Origin: the human T2T-CHM13v2.0 reference genome, Homo sapiens
Direction: 5' to 3' (one strand)
DNA length: 64,000 nucleotides
NCBI RefSeq assembly: GCF_009914755.1
Contig: NC_060933.1
Shown: positions 40,760-54,589 of the stretch, piece by piece
Layout: each line of letters opens with the position of its first letter
Position numbering within the stretch: the stretch's first letter is position 1
Translations under genes and position numbers: made by a program
The notes under the pieces: model-generated
Told to the model about the DNA's origin: nothing
The model's database searches: none
The model's input: the letters and a program-made list of their open reading frames with translations, nothing else

Positions 40760-40972
40760 ACCTTGTCACTCCAAGTATGCTTTTGGGGCCAACAACATTA
40801 ACATCACTATGAGAGCTTGTTACATTGGATTTTTTGGAATGTTAGAAGACCTCAGAGTTCATGGAATTCAGTAAATGCAGAATCTCAGACCTAACCCAGA
40901 CTACTGAGTCAATTTGGAATGTAACAAGTCCTCAGGTGATTCTCAGGCACGTTAAAGTTTGAGAAGCACTGC
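40760..40972. mobile_element. MER5A1 carrying a ~48-bp non-MER5 insertion
   Basis: ...catcactatgagagcttgtta[insert]gtaaatgcagaatctcag...caggtgattctcaggcacgttaaagtttgagaagcactg. Confidence 0.8.
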
Positions 40973-41698
40973 TCTAAAACGCTTGTCCATTCACATGCCA
41001 AATGCCACCGCAATTGCTGGCTGACCAGTCTTTTCCTCACTAGATGCTGAACCTTGTAAAGGCAGGATCTCTGCCATCTTCACTCTGTATTTTTAGCCCC
41101 CAGCACACGGCCTGACACATAGTTAGCACATTAAATGAATCAATGAATCAATCAATCAATGAAGTGAGATCTCTTCAAGTCTTTTAATATTTGCAAGGAC
41201 ATTGCATTTTTTGGAATGTTAGAAGACCTCAGAGTTCATGGAATTCAATTGTTTCCATCTGTGATCTAAAGATTCTTGAGGGCTTGGAGAGACATAAGGG
41301 ATGCTTGGGATTGGGTGGGGTGGAGGGGCATAGAAGAGGAGACCCAGCAGGTGGGACTCCAGGCCACCCACTCCAGTTTCTACCAGAACAAATCTTTAGT
41401 CATCTGGTCCACACATTTAAATCATCTCATTACTCAATTACTCAACAACTAATTATTTAGCACTTACTTACAAATGTGAATACGACATAAGGGATCACTA
41501 ACTATACATAGTTTACATTGTAGTAGGGAAGACAGATAATATGTAAGTAAACATACAAGCAATATAAGATTCTAAATCTAGTAAGTGCAGGAAAGATAGT
41601 TAAACCATTAGGGTGTGACAGAGCAAATGGGCGGACATTTTAGAGAATTCTCTGTGGAGGTGGGCTGTGATTCCATGTAAGATTTATTTAGAAAAAAA

Positions 41699-42204
41699 GG
41701 GTATATACCCAAAGGACTATAAATCATGCTGCTATAAAGACACATGCACACGTATGTTTATTGCAGCACTATTCACAATAGCAAAGACTTGGAACCAACC
41801 CAAATGTCCAACAATGATAGACTGGATTAAGAAAATGTGGCACATATACACCATGGAATACTATGCAGCCATAAAAAATGATGAGTTCATGTCCTTTGTA
41901 GGGACATGGATGAAATTGGAAATCATCATTCTCAGTAAACTGTCGCAAGAACAAAAAACCAAACACCACATATTCTCACTCATAGGTGGGAATTGAACAA
42001 TGAGAACACACGGACACAGGAAGGGGAACATCACACTCTGGGGACTGTTGTGGGGTGGGGGTGGGGGAGGGATAGCATTGGGAGATATACCTAATGCTAG
42101 ATGACGAGTTAGTGGGTGCAGCGCACCAGCATGGCACATGTAACTAACCTGCACATTGTGCACATGTACCCTAAAACTTAAAGTATAATAATAATAAAAA
42201 AAAA
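41699..42204 (+). mobile_element. 5'-truncated young L1 (L1PA2/L1PA3-like): ORF2 C-terminus, 3' UTR and poly(A)
   Basis: Encodes GIYPKDYKSCCYKDTCTRMFIAALFTIAKTWNQPKCPTMIDWIKKMWHIYTMEYYAAIKNDEFMSFVGTWMKLE; 3' UTR ctaatgctagatgacgagttagtggg; ends ccctaaaacttaaagtataataataataaaa. Confidence 0.95.
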
Positions 42205-42483
42205 TACCACTGTTCTAGTTCGTCCTTATCATGTTATAGGTGAGGAGACTGAGGGCCAGAAAGCGGCAGAGCCCAGGGTTGCACAGTGAGCTTATTAGCA
42301 GCACCAGGATAGATTAGGAGGCAGTTTCCTTGATTCCTGCTGACATATCAGTGTGGGATGTTGGAGCAATCTCAGATATCCTCCAGGAGACTAGAAAGAC
42401 CAGAGGAGGAGGAAGCTGGGTGACAGGGTGGGGAGGTTCACAGACAGTGGCTGGTGACTGCCTGACTAGGGGTTAGCGGGTTA

Positions 42484-42583
42484 TCACAAACCATTACTGA
42501 GTGGATTGCCTGGCCTCTGTGGGCGGCCCGGCGGCCTTTCCAGAAGATTTATGTCCTGGAGGCTCATAAAGGATTCCAGGAGG
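42484..42583 (-). CDS. ASTN2: Candidate alternative terminal coding exon of ASTN2
   Basis: Acceptor tgactttgtctttacAG (42584-42585). In phase with the 45617 donor it gives (S)LLESFMSLQDINLLERPPGRPQRPGNPLSNGL* followed by a second stop (TGA TAA). Confidence 0.45.
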
Positions 42584-43656
42584 CTGTAAAGACAAAGTCA
42601 GAAGTGGAGCTGTGGTTTAGCTTCCACACAAACTCCCTGAGCCCTGTGGGAAAGCCCAAAAAACTGGAATGCCTTCCTCTGTCCACAGGCAAGATGGCAG
42701 CTGAGATGACTCACACAGCGGCTTTCATCTGGGGCTCTTCACTTCTGCCCGCCAGTCTGGCCCTCTTTTAGGTTTTATCTAAAGAACCTTCCTTTCATGT
42801 GCAAGGGAGAAAGTTAAAGTCCAGGACCCAACATAACTGATAAGGCCTTGCGCTGGACAGAGATCCGTTTTATCCCTGGACCAAGCTCTCATCTCTGTCC
42901 CTGAGAGCCTCAAATTCTTGGAGGGCCATTGCAAATGTTCTAAGGGCTCAAGGTAAGAGCTCAAGGCAGAACTGGCCTCCATGTCAAACTCTGCACAACT
43001 CTGGGCAGCTCATTTTGCCCCATGGGACCTCAATTTCCTTATCGTCCAAAAAATGGCATGAATACCCTACATGGTCATTTTGAAGTTTTTAAATCATGAA
43101 GTGCTGCCCACTAAGTATTTCAAGAAGTCATGTGATTCTCTCCAATGCACCAATGCCACCCTGGCCTAGAATGCTATGCTGTCTTCCTGGGACTATTATC
43201 ACAACAGCCTCTAGAGCCTCACTGCCGCTTTCTTACCTTGACACCTATACTCAAGCCAGAGGGATCTTTCTCCTTTAATGGTCTGATAATATTACTCCTT
43301 TTTGTGAAAAACACTTCAAAAGCTTACCATTACCCTAAGGAGATAATCCCAACTTCTTAACCTAATTTAAAGGACATTCAGGATCTGGCTCCCACTGACC
43401 TCCCCCTTCTTATCTCTTACCACTCCTGCTGTCACACACTTTGCTGCCACTACACAGAAATTCTTCAGTGGCTCCAAACACAGTGTTTACCAAAGTGTAG
43501 GCCGAGTTCCTCTAGGGTAGGGAAAGGATTTTAGGTGGTACTCAAGATGATCACAGACCAAATATTAAACAAAAATGAATCATGTGTGCAAAAGTGGCTA
43601 GATTAGCTCTTTCATTCTCTTCCCCTCTTTCAGGTTACTTCAAAAGGAAAATCTTG

Positions 43657-43960
<304 letters not shown>

Positions 43961-44133
43961 CTTGGTTTGGGGCTGTGTCTTTAACATTTCTCTAACTAAT
44001 CTCCCTTTTGAAGGGACAGCTTCAGGCTCTGCTAGAATTGAACAACATTGTTTTCTGTTTTTTGTCTTGTTCCACTTTTGTTGCTTTTGTTCATTGTCTT
44101 GAAGGGTTAGGTTTAATTTTCTATTAAGGGTAG

Positions 44134-44507
<374 letters not shown>

Positions 44508-45616
44508 TCAAATACATTTTTAATAAGAAGTGAATATAAGAAAGAAATACCAAATAAAGTGTATATGGTGGTGAGATGACAAAAGTCATAAAAGTGGTAG
44601 GCAAGTGATCAAAAGTTGAGAAGAAAACTTCCACTGTCATGTAACATTTTCTCTTCTGAGCATTCCGTCAGGTAGTCTCTCTGCTCCAAATACCCATCCT
44701 TTTCCCCCACAACCCTCACTTACCTTACCCCAACTCAAACCTTAGGCATCAGTCTCTCAGCCCCAGTGCAGCTTCATTGGGTGACCTAGACCAGATGCCT
44801 ATGTCTCATGTATGTTCCCAAAGAGTTCTGTTCTTCTGCTATCATGACGCTTATTATTCCTGCTCTACATAACTGCCTGTTTATGCAACAAGAAGCTATG
44901 TATAGGTAGCAACCATTTCTACCTTTTTATCGTTGCATTGTCAGCAGCCACCACATAAGAGGTGCTGTTAAGTATATGCTGAATGGATGAATGTTGCTAG
45001 ATGCAAGACATAAAATGCAGCCACCATTGCATATACTGCTTTATGAAGCTTTAGAAAATAGTGACTGTGCCTTAGTTCTGTTTGAATCATTCATGGTTCC
45101 TGGCATAGTGACTGGCATGCAGGACAAAAATAAAGCCTTCATACATGTTGAATTCATAAATCTATATAGTCATGTTCACTAATGGACTTTAGTCAAAATC
45201 ATAGCTATTTACTGTAAAAAAACTCAGACTTCTTATGGAAGACTGAGAAAGGCCCTGGATTATGGGTCATGGCCCCACTGCTGTTCCCCTCTGTGATCTT
45301 GGTTAGGATACAGGCCTTCAAAGAGCCTAAGTTTCCTATCTGTAAAATGAGGTGGGAGATGAGCAAGGAGAATGATTAATGCAAAGAGCATCAATGCCCT
45401 TTCCCCATTCAACATTCCAGGAGTGCAGGAATCTAAAGTTCCAAGATTCTTTCATTATCTCTGCCTATTTTCTATCTTTAGCCTTGACACGACCAAGGTG
45501 ATAATCACCCTTATTTACTTGATAAAGCCTAGTCTCAGCCTATGGGGAAAGGGTCCAGAAAAGTCAACTGGAGGCAAAAAGAATATGCCCCTCCAATCAC
45601 ACAAATACGCCCATAC

Positions 45617-45800
45617 CTGGGCCCCAGCTCATCCTCACTTCTCCAGACGAAGTCGCCAAACTTTTCATAGTGAGAGTTGTAGTGGTGCTGGACTCGGAAC
45701 AGCATCGAGGCTGAGACCTCCATCAGTGTGTTGTAGGCCATCTGCTGCTCCTTTCCACTTGTGTACCCATTGTACAGATTGTAGATCTTGTCAGCTATTT
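45617..45800 (-). CDS. ASTN2: Astrotactin-2, penultimate coding exon (184 nt)
   Basis: Acceptor ctgccctctcAG (45801-45802), donor AG|GTATGG (45615-45616). Encodes (E)[60 protein letters not shown](R); phases 1/2 match the neighbouring exons. Confidence 0.97.
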
Positions 45801-47460
45801 CTGAGAGGGCAGAAGGGCAGAAACAGATCACTGGGTGGTGAAAAAAAGTAAGGATATAAGCATGGGCTTCAATAAGAAAGGCACAGTGGTGAGAAAGTTT
45901 GCTTGCATAAGCTCTGGGAGCAGACAAACCTTAATTTCATCTTGAATATGTTATTGACTGGTTGTGTTTGGTTTTCTGTCATCTGGAGGTAATGATGTCT
46001 ATTCTGGAGGTGCATTGGGAGAGCTAAATTAAAGAGTGGATACAAAGCACTCAACACAGGGTCTGGCACAAAGTTAGTGCTCATAATTGCAAGCTTAATT
46101 ATCAATATAATTATTGTACCTGTGATTTTACATACAATTGGCTTAAATAAACTGTCTTGGATAATCTCAACACCCTCCTTCTATTTCCCCTTTGTTGTAT
46201 TTCCAACACATTTCTGTGATCAGGTCTGATAGGTCCCCATTTGAAACACCTTTCAAAGATAATCCAAACTCTTCTGCTTGTTGTTCATGGCTATTCCTAC
46301 TGCTTCAGTTAGTCCTACTAATCAAAGTAACTTCAATTCATCATGAGTAGAAGGCATATTCTTCCAGCTTCAAAAACCCTGTCAAAATCTGTATGTGGTC
46401 CTAAATCATTACCAACAACAGTTGCTGCTAGGAGAATCTGGAAACTTAAGAGTAAAAATGGGAGGAACACTATGCTCCTCCCATTATGTTACACTATTTT
46501 CTACTCTGATTTTTATTTGTACTTTTTTTTTTGACAGTGGACGTGTTATTTTAAAATAATATTTTTAAAAATTTATCAGGAAAATGTTTCGAATCCCCTC
46601 CCCTTTGGTAGCACATAAAACATTTATAATTGAGTTTATTATTGAGCCATCTGCAGAAATGTCTGTCTCACCACCCATAATGTGAATTCCTAAAAGGGGA
46701 GACTATGTCTCTACTGCATTGCTTGGACTTTTGAGAAATAATTGTTCAACTTTAAGTAGACCACCAGGACTTATGAGCCACTGTCACATTTTGCTAGACT
46801 TGATGTAGAAACTGCATCTACACAATGCTGAAGAACAAAGTATATGGTGGATCTGATTGACTGATTATATTTTTTCAGGTTATTTTTGCCTGCTGTTTAT
46901 GTCATGAACCAGGAGCAGCAAAAACATTTAATCTTGCATGCTAACTGACTGATAATCACTGATGGTAGCTCTATGCTAAGGATTCTGAGACCACCATGGG
47001 ACTGGATGGAACAGCATGCTGTGATCTGCTAATGATGTCTGCTATGGACACCACAAGGTGAAATGGTTTTCTAGGTGCCATCTCTTTGCTACTCTAGCAA
47101 CGACAAGTGGGAGAAAATGATTGGTCCCTGAGAAATCTAGGCCAAGGGACAAGATACAGTTATGGGGCTCTGACTCCCTACCATTTGTGGCCTGTAAGTC
47201 AGAACACAGATCAACTCTCTAAAAGAGGAGGCAAGTCTTTCCACTGCCAAAGACATTGCTAGTCAATCTTAATTTTTCCCTTCATGACTTTGATTAATTT
47301 AGCTCCATGTTCCTCCTGTTCCCTTAGTGCCTTCAATTTCTTCTCCCTGTGCCAGTGTGTCAGGGTATGCGTGTGTGTGTTTAATGATTAGTGACTGTTG
47401 GGTGCAGAACTTAGGGGAAATATGGGAGTTACTTTGGAGTTGAAAAACTGGGTTACCTAC

Positions 47461-47561
47461 CTTCTGCCTTGTTGTCATCTACCAGTGGACAGGCCGTCCT
47501 CAGGGTCACCGTGCTTAGCTCTGAGTGCCTCCCTCGTGTATCCACAGCATACAGAGTGAAC
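47461..47561 (-). CDS. ASTN2: Astrotactin-2, antepenultimate coding exon (101 nt; end of FN3-like domain)
   Basis: Acceptor ttttcttgctgtgctgcAG (47562-47563), donor AG|GTAGGT (47459-47460). Encodes (R)FTLYAVDTRGRHSELSTVTLRTACPLVDDNKAE(E), in frame with the next exon. Confidence 0.95.
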
Positions 47562-50500
47562 CTGCAGCACAGCAAGAAAACAGAGCACCAGGCTGTGACT
47601 TCACAGAAGGCCCTGGGAGTTGCAGGGAAGAACAGAGAGTCATGGCACATGAGGCTACAGGAAAAATGATTTTAAAAAAAGAATGATAATTATAAAGCAT
47701 TTATTGAGCACTAACTGCCTACTCAGCACTTTGCACTTCTTAAAAGGGAGGGATTTATTGTCACCCACATCTTGTCAATGAGGACACTGAGACTTAGATT
47801 GTGTATCTTTCCACAGTCTCAGTTACTGAGGGACAGAATGGGGGTATTGAACTCATGCAGTCTGAGTCCAGGGTCTGAGAAGTGAGCCCCATTGCTATCC
47901 TTTATGGCTGGATATATCCATTTATATATTCATTAATTTACTCATTTAAGAAATATTTATTGAGCATTTACTGCACACCAGGAAGTACTTTAAGTGCTAA
48001 GGTCATAAAGATGAACAAGAGAGTCAAGGTTACAGATAAAAAAAGTAAGTAAAATCAAAAAGTAAACAAAAAATCAGATAATGGTTAAGTGTGAAAGAAA
48101 ATATACCAGAATAATGCAAAAAAGACTAATGCGGGAGCATGGGGAGTATGGGCTTTGGGATGTAGCCCATGAAAGCCTTCCTGAAGAAGAAACTTCAGGA
48201 CCTAAGACCTGAATAGTGAGGAAGAACCAGTTTATGGAAGGAAGACCTGGGGAAAGAGCATTCTAGGTAGGATGCTCAGTAAGTACAAAGGTCCTGAGGA
48301 AAGGAGCCCAGACGGTTGAAGAAATGGGCAGCCAGTGTGGCTGGAACAAAGGGAGATGAGGTAGAAGGTCGGTGGGAACCTTGTAGGCCATGCCAGGGAG
48401 ACTGGGGGTTAATCTGGCTATAAGGCATATCCCCACCTTTCTATGATGTCATCTGAAGTTCCATGCTATATTGATGGAAGCAGACACAGCCTGTGTGGCC
48501 TTAGAAGGAAAGAACAGGTAAAACGTAGACCTGGTAGATTCAAGTCTAATCCAGAGCACATAATTGTTTCTAGAGCAGCCTCTGTCCTCTGTCCTATCTC
48601 GGGGAAGCTCTGTGACCCTTGTATTCCCAGATCTCCAAGTTCTACAGTTAAGCAAAGTCTAAGAAGGGAGCAGAAATGACTTTCTAGATGATGTGAGCCT
48701 TAGAGGCCAAGAACAGTCTGATAGAAGGGTTGAGCATCTGAGTGTTCTGTCTGCATCATGTCATCCTTTTTCACCAGCTTTTAAGGGTAGAGGCAGTAGT
48801 GTGAAGTGGGTAGAGGGTTCCCTACATTAAGTAGAAGAGACTAGGGTCATAATGGCCCTATTTTCTTCCCTCCTCCCTTGCATCTCAAATTATCCCATGT
48901 TATAAAATACAAAAAACACTATGATTAGCAAGTTTCAGAATGCTGAGCCCTGATTGGCCATACATACTTGTACTTAATAAATATAAGTTGGTGATACAAA
49001 TTAATTATTATGTGCTAAGACCCTAATATGTGTCAAGCACTGAGCTAAGAGTTACCTACATTAACACAATTAATTCCCCCACACAATCCTAAAAGACAGG
49101 CACTATTACTCTTTATTTTATTTGTGAGGCTCAGAGAGGGGAAGCAGCTTGCCCAGAACCACATAGTAATTACTAGGACTGGCAATTTAAACCTTGGTTT
49201 CTCAGACTCTAAAATTCATACATGCAACCACTGTAAGCTGTTGTCTTCTGATCACAGTTCTGTAGAAATCAACTCTGTAAAAATGTGATTCCATTAGCCA
49301 CACTTGCTGAACCCCAACTATGTTGAAGCAGTGCCATCTCATAAGTTTTTCTGATCTTATGAAAACATGCTAAAATAATCACCCTCATTATCTATACCTT
49401 TCAGAAGATAAAACTGAAGATTTAAAAAATTAAGCAATGTGTCCAAAGTCACAGGTTCAGAAAATTAAGGAGCCAAGACTATCATCTGTCTTACTCTAAA
49501 ACCCACACTCTTTGCTCTCAGCTGCCATTTTATTGCTCCCACTCGCAGGCTCAGGGTATCATATCCAGGTTACCTACATGGGCCCTTCCAGCTTTGACTT
49601 CCCATGACCTGAGGCCTCAAAGGTTGTTTTAATAAAGGGTACCACAAGTCAAAACTTCTTGGTACAAAGGAAGCAGGGGGTGACAGAGGAAGGGGCCCGG
49701 TCTTGGAGATGGCCAGATGTGGGTTCATATTCCAGTTTTACTGTCTAGCATTGTGAACTTGGGCAAGTCGCTTCACCTCTCTGAGCTCACTGCACCTCTC
49801 TGCACCCAACATCTGTGATAGACTGCCACCCACCTCACAAGTGCAGTATGGATAGATGTGAAATGTAAGTGCACTATGAGGTAAGTTATCATTGGAAAGC
49901 CATGCAGAAGGGTTGAGAACAAGATCATAAATAAATTTAAGGAGGTGAGAGTAAGCAAGTGGCAAGGTGGGAAGTGAGAACAGCATCAGGCAACATTATG
50001 TAAGCACTTATCATCCACATATGGACCCATCTAGAAAGTGGCAGAGGCAAGATGCAAATGCTAGCATGCATGACTCATAGTGCATACACTTCGGCTTGGG
50101 TACAGCTATATGTTAAATGACAACAAGTCATTTAACACAGTACTAGGCACACAGTAGGCACTTGACAAATACTGATATAAATGAATGAATGAAAGCATAC
50201 CACCTCTCATTTCTTTAGTTTCTCCATCAATAAAATGAGGTTAGTTTCACAGACAGTGCATGGCTGTCTCAAGGATTACATGGAGTGATGCTGAGAAAGT
50301 GGCTTGTAAGAAGAGGATTTTTATAAAAGCACCTATTTGTGCAAGACAACACATTTTAAAAAATGCTTTCTTGGAGTTAGAAGAGACGTATTTCAACCAA
50401 GGGAAACATGGAAGGCTTGTAGTGAATAGAATATATGAATGAAAGTTCAAAATATGAAAAGTAGGAATATGTTTTAACACAGCTGTTTCATAGGCCACTT

Positions 50501-51199
50501 ATGTTCCTGTGGTGCTTCTGCAATCCACTTCCTTCACCCAAGAGGGCCCAGGGTCATCTCGCTGCTTAGCCAAGCAGCATGAATAAGAGAGCCCCCAGGA
50601 TGCTGGGGAAGAAGTGGTCTTAGGTATTCATGTCATAAAAACTGGGTAGAATCCTTGCTTTCTCCAATTGCTGGCTGAATATTCTTTGGGAAGTCACTTC
50701 GCCTGCTTTGAGCCTCAGTCTCCTCACCTGTAAAATAGGGTGAAATTATCCATATCTCACAAGTTGGTGGTCAAGACTCAGTGACACAATGATAATAATA
50801 GGCCCAGTTCAATCTTTGCTCCCTAAAAGGTAGCTTCTATTTTTGTTATTATAGTAACCAAACATGCCAGTGGGGGCCTCGGGATGGAGGAGGCCTCAGG
50901 CAACCCTGCTGGGGGGTGGAGAAAGAGGAAGACGTCAACCTCACAGTGCTGGGTCAAAAGTCACAAGGCCATGCGCTTTCTGCCTGTCTCAGCTGTAATT
51001 GTAGAACTGTTCCAGAGGCACATCTGAAAGCTGTTAGGGGACCAGGCAGTGCCTGGAGGGGTTACTTGTGAAGGAGAGAAAGTGGCAGTCCCTGATATGA
51101 AGGAGAGAGGGAGAAAGAGACAGAGAGAGTGAGAAGTTGGGGGGGGACAGAGACCAAGAAACAGATACAAATATATACCACAAGCAAATCCATACAGCA

Positions 51200-51267
51200 G
51201 GAGAGTGAAAGAGGGAGAGCCAGGGACAGAGAGAGACAGAGACAGAGACAGAGGGGAGAGGGAGAGA

Positions 51268-51329
<62 letters not shown>
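51200..51329. repeat. (GA)n / purine-rich microsatellite
   Basis: Long gagagaga run, nearly pure from ~51262 to 51328. Confidence 0.95.
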
Positions 51330-51332
<3 letters not shown>

Positions 51333-54018
51333 ATCAGACCTCTGAGTTTCTTGAGATCAGAAAGGGTGTCAGCCTCTCTCTGCTTAGTTCTGTCATCATC
51401 TCTCTGAAGCAGGCTGAGGTTCACTGATAATTTGAACTAAAACTCCTGTACCATCAACTCCTAATCTTGATTTTACAAGTGGAGAAACCAAAGCCCAGAA
51501 GGAAAAATGACTTGCACAAAGACCCACTTGCCAATAGATTCATACAAAGACTCTGGCATTCCTGACTCCTCCTCCTCCAGTGCTCTCTCCTACATTTCCA
51601 TGCCCTGGCTGATCGAGGTCCAAGTCTACTTATGGGATGCTTTCATTATGAAAGAGGCGGCTCATGGATAACGTTGGATGAGCTATACAGGAACCTGGAG
51701 CTCCAGGCCCAAACCATTGCTATTCCTTTCCTTGGCCTTATTTCAGGGGAAGGAACACTGGCCAAGGTGGCTGAAACCTGAATTTGAGTCCCAGCTTGTC
51801 CACAGACTGTGTGGTATGAGATCTTGCATACCTACAGTAATACAGGCTTAGTGTATTGGGAGGTTGAAATCCAAACAAACACACTGTGTGGGAAAATGCC
51901 TTGGGATAACTACTCCGAAGTATTTTTCAATATTTCTTCATCATTGTCAGGACATTGTCATCCTCAGGACATCATCTTCATCATCCTTAGGACAAAGTCC
52001 ATCACTCTCAGGACAAATTCCTCAACTTGGAACCCCCTCATTTGAGCTCTGGTCAAAGGTCTAGGTGTGCTTGCTGACCTTCCTCCCCACTCTGCTTCAC
52101 AGCAGAGGCATCTCCAGCTGCTGATGGTTCCAGAACATGGATCCCACCTCTGAACCTTTCCACCAGTGGCACTCTCTGGCTGAGTCATCCATCCCCTTCT
52201 TCACTTGACCCCTCTCCACCTTGTCCTTGAAGCATCGCTCAAACCTTACCTCCTCTGGAAAGTCTGCTTTGACCGTCTCAAGAGCTGCTTAGCCCTCCTT
52301 TTCCCCTGCACGGTGCCCATGCCATATGGTGCACATGTCACACAGCTAGGTCAGCACCCCTTCACTTCTTTCTTGCCCCTATGAGTATGTGATTGTCTTC
52401 AGGATCAGAATATGGTTCTGCTCATCTCTAAACACCTACACCTGGTGCACCAACGCTCAGCACACACAGGTCAGAATGAATGAGGTTCATTTCCCTTTCC
52501 TGGAAATCAGTCTTTCCATCTGTGAAATGAACAGAAGATGACTAGATTGAAAGGTTACTAAAATGAATGGAATAACAAGAGGGCTAAAGGCATGGCTTTG
52601 GGATCAGCCAATTTGTTGTTAAATTCTGGCTTCTCGTACATTGGCTGTGTGTAGCCTTGTCTCAAGGTACTCACCTGTACAACGGGAATCATAATATTAA
52701 AACTCACCATGAAGGGTTCTTGTTAGAATAAAAGAGAGTGCAGCATGAAAGTGCTCAGCACAATGCCCGACATGTGATATTGTGATATGCAATAACCAAT
52801 AAGCAATCAATCGCTGTTGGCATCATCATTAGGGTTAGTACTAAGCCACTGCCCAAGGCTCTGACTTCACCCCCAACTGGAGTAAGTGGTCCCAGTGGAG
52901 ATCAGAGGAGGGTGGGTAGAAAGGAAGCTGCTATTGGTCCCATCCAAGACCCCAGACCTCCTCACAGCAGGGGTGAGAGAATGAAACCAAGAAGTTAATT
53001 GGCAGTGAGAGCTTCTCACAGATCTGACAGGGGGTAAGAGCAGGGACAGAGCCCTAGAGGCCCACGTCAGGCCTGGGTCCCCGAGAGTATAGGAGAATGC
53101 GTTTGAAGTCTCCAGGCCAACGCCTGCTCTTCCCCAGCCGCAACATGATTTAGGCATTCTGGGGAGGCAAAAGTCTCCTCGCTGATTTGAAGGGAAACAG
53201 ATGTTTCCAGGCCAGAGGCCCCAGTCTTGTAAAATGCTCCTTCCCCCACACAGCTTTGGCAAACAACTTCCACTTAGCTCATGCCCACCCCTCCCACCCC
53301 CACTGCCATGGCTCCCCTCCCTGCCATTTCCAGCACAATGTGGCAGACAGGGGCAGTAGGAAAAGCACCTAGTCCCAGCTTAAGCTTTGGGTCTGGGAAG
53401 CTGGATGGCCAGGGCCACCTCAGTGCCCATCTCTATGCTTCAGCCTCCCATCTCCTGCAGTGAGGGAACAGGACCAAGCTCACTGCTGAGAGATAGGTTA
53501 GATCTAATATTCTAGGAACTGAGAGCTGTTTTTTCCTCGATAGAGCTGGTGTTACACGTTCCAGACTTTTCTCCACTGGATTCCGTGGCAAACAGCATGG
53601 ACTTACAAATAAGACTGTTCTGGATTTGAATCTGGATTCTACCTGGGCAGTAGCAAGAAGCTACTGAGCAAGTAGAAATTCTACCATTGAGCCTCAGTTT
53701 CCTTATCTGTAAAATGGGGACAAGAGTTTTATCTTGTGGGATTGTGAGAATGAAATCAGAATGCAATCTCCCTACCCATAGTTTAGGTTTCTTGTGAACA
53801 AAATCAAGTACTATATCTTTTCCCTTGTACTATTCATGATGCCCAGACAGTATGGATGTAGAGAAAATGTGTAATAGTGTTCGTGATGGATTTTTGATGG
53901 GAAGACTGCTAGACACTCTGAAGTCCAAAGCCTCTCATTCTGAACCCAGCTCCACTCAAGTAGTAGAAAGAGTGTTTCTGCTTTTATGATCACAATGAGG
54001 CAGGGTGTGCAGAGGTTA

Positions 54019-54440
<422 letters not shown>

Positions 54441-54589
54441 TAAAAATAAAATGTGTATGATAATATTATCTATCTCAAAGGGATGTTAGAGGAATAAAGT
54501 TTATGAAACGATGCTTGACACATGGTAAGTGGTAAGTTAGCATAATTGTTATTCAATGTGCATGTGTTTAAATAATTCATCTCTTCTAT

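Noticed and set aside
41667-41996. ORFs resembling a real protein (also 59564-59845 and 63727-63939)
   Set aside because: Fragments of L1 ORF2 in truncated elements, not host genes.
42050-42071. G-quadruplex-forming G tract
   Set aside because: Standard feature of the L1PA 3' UTR.
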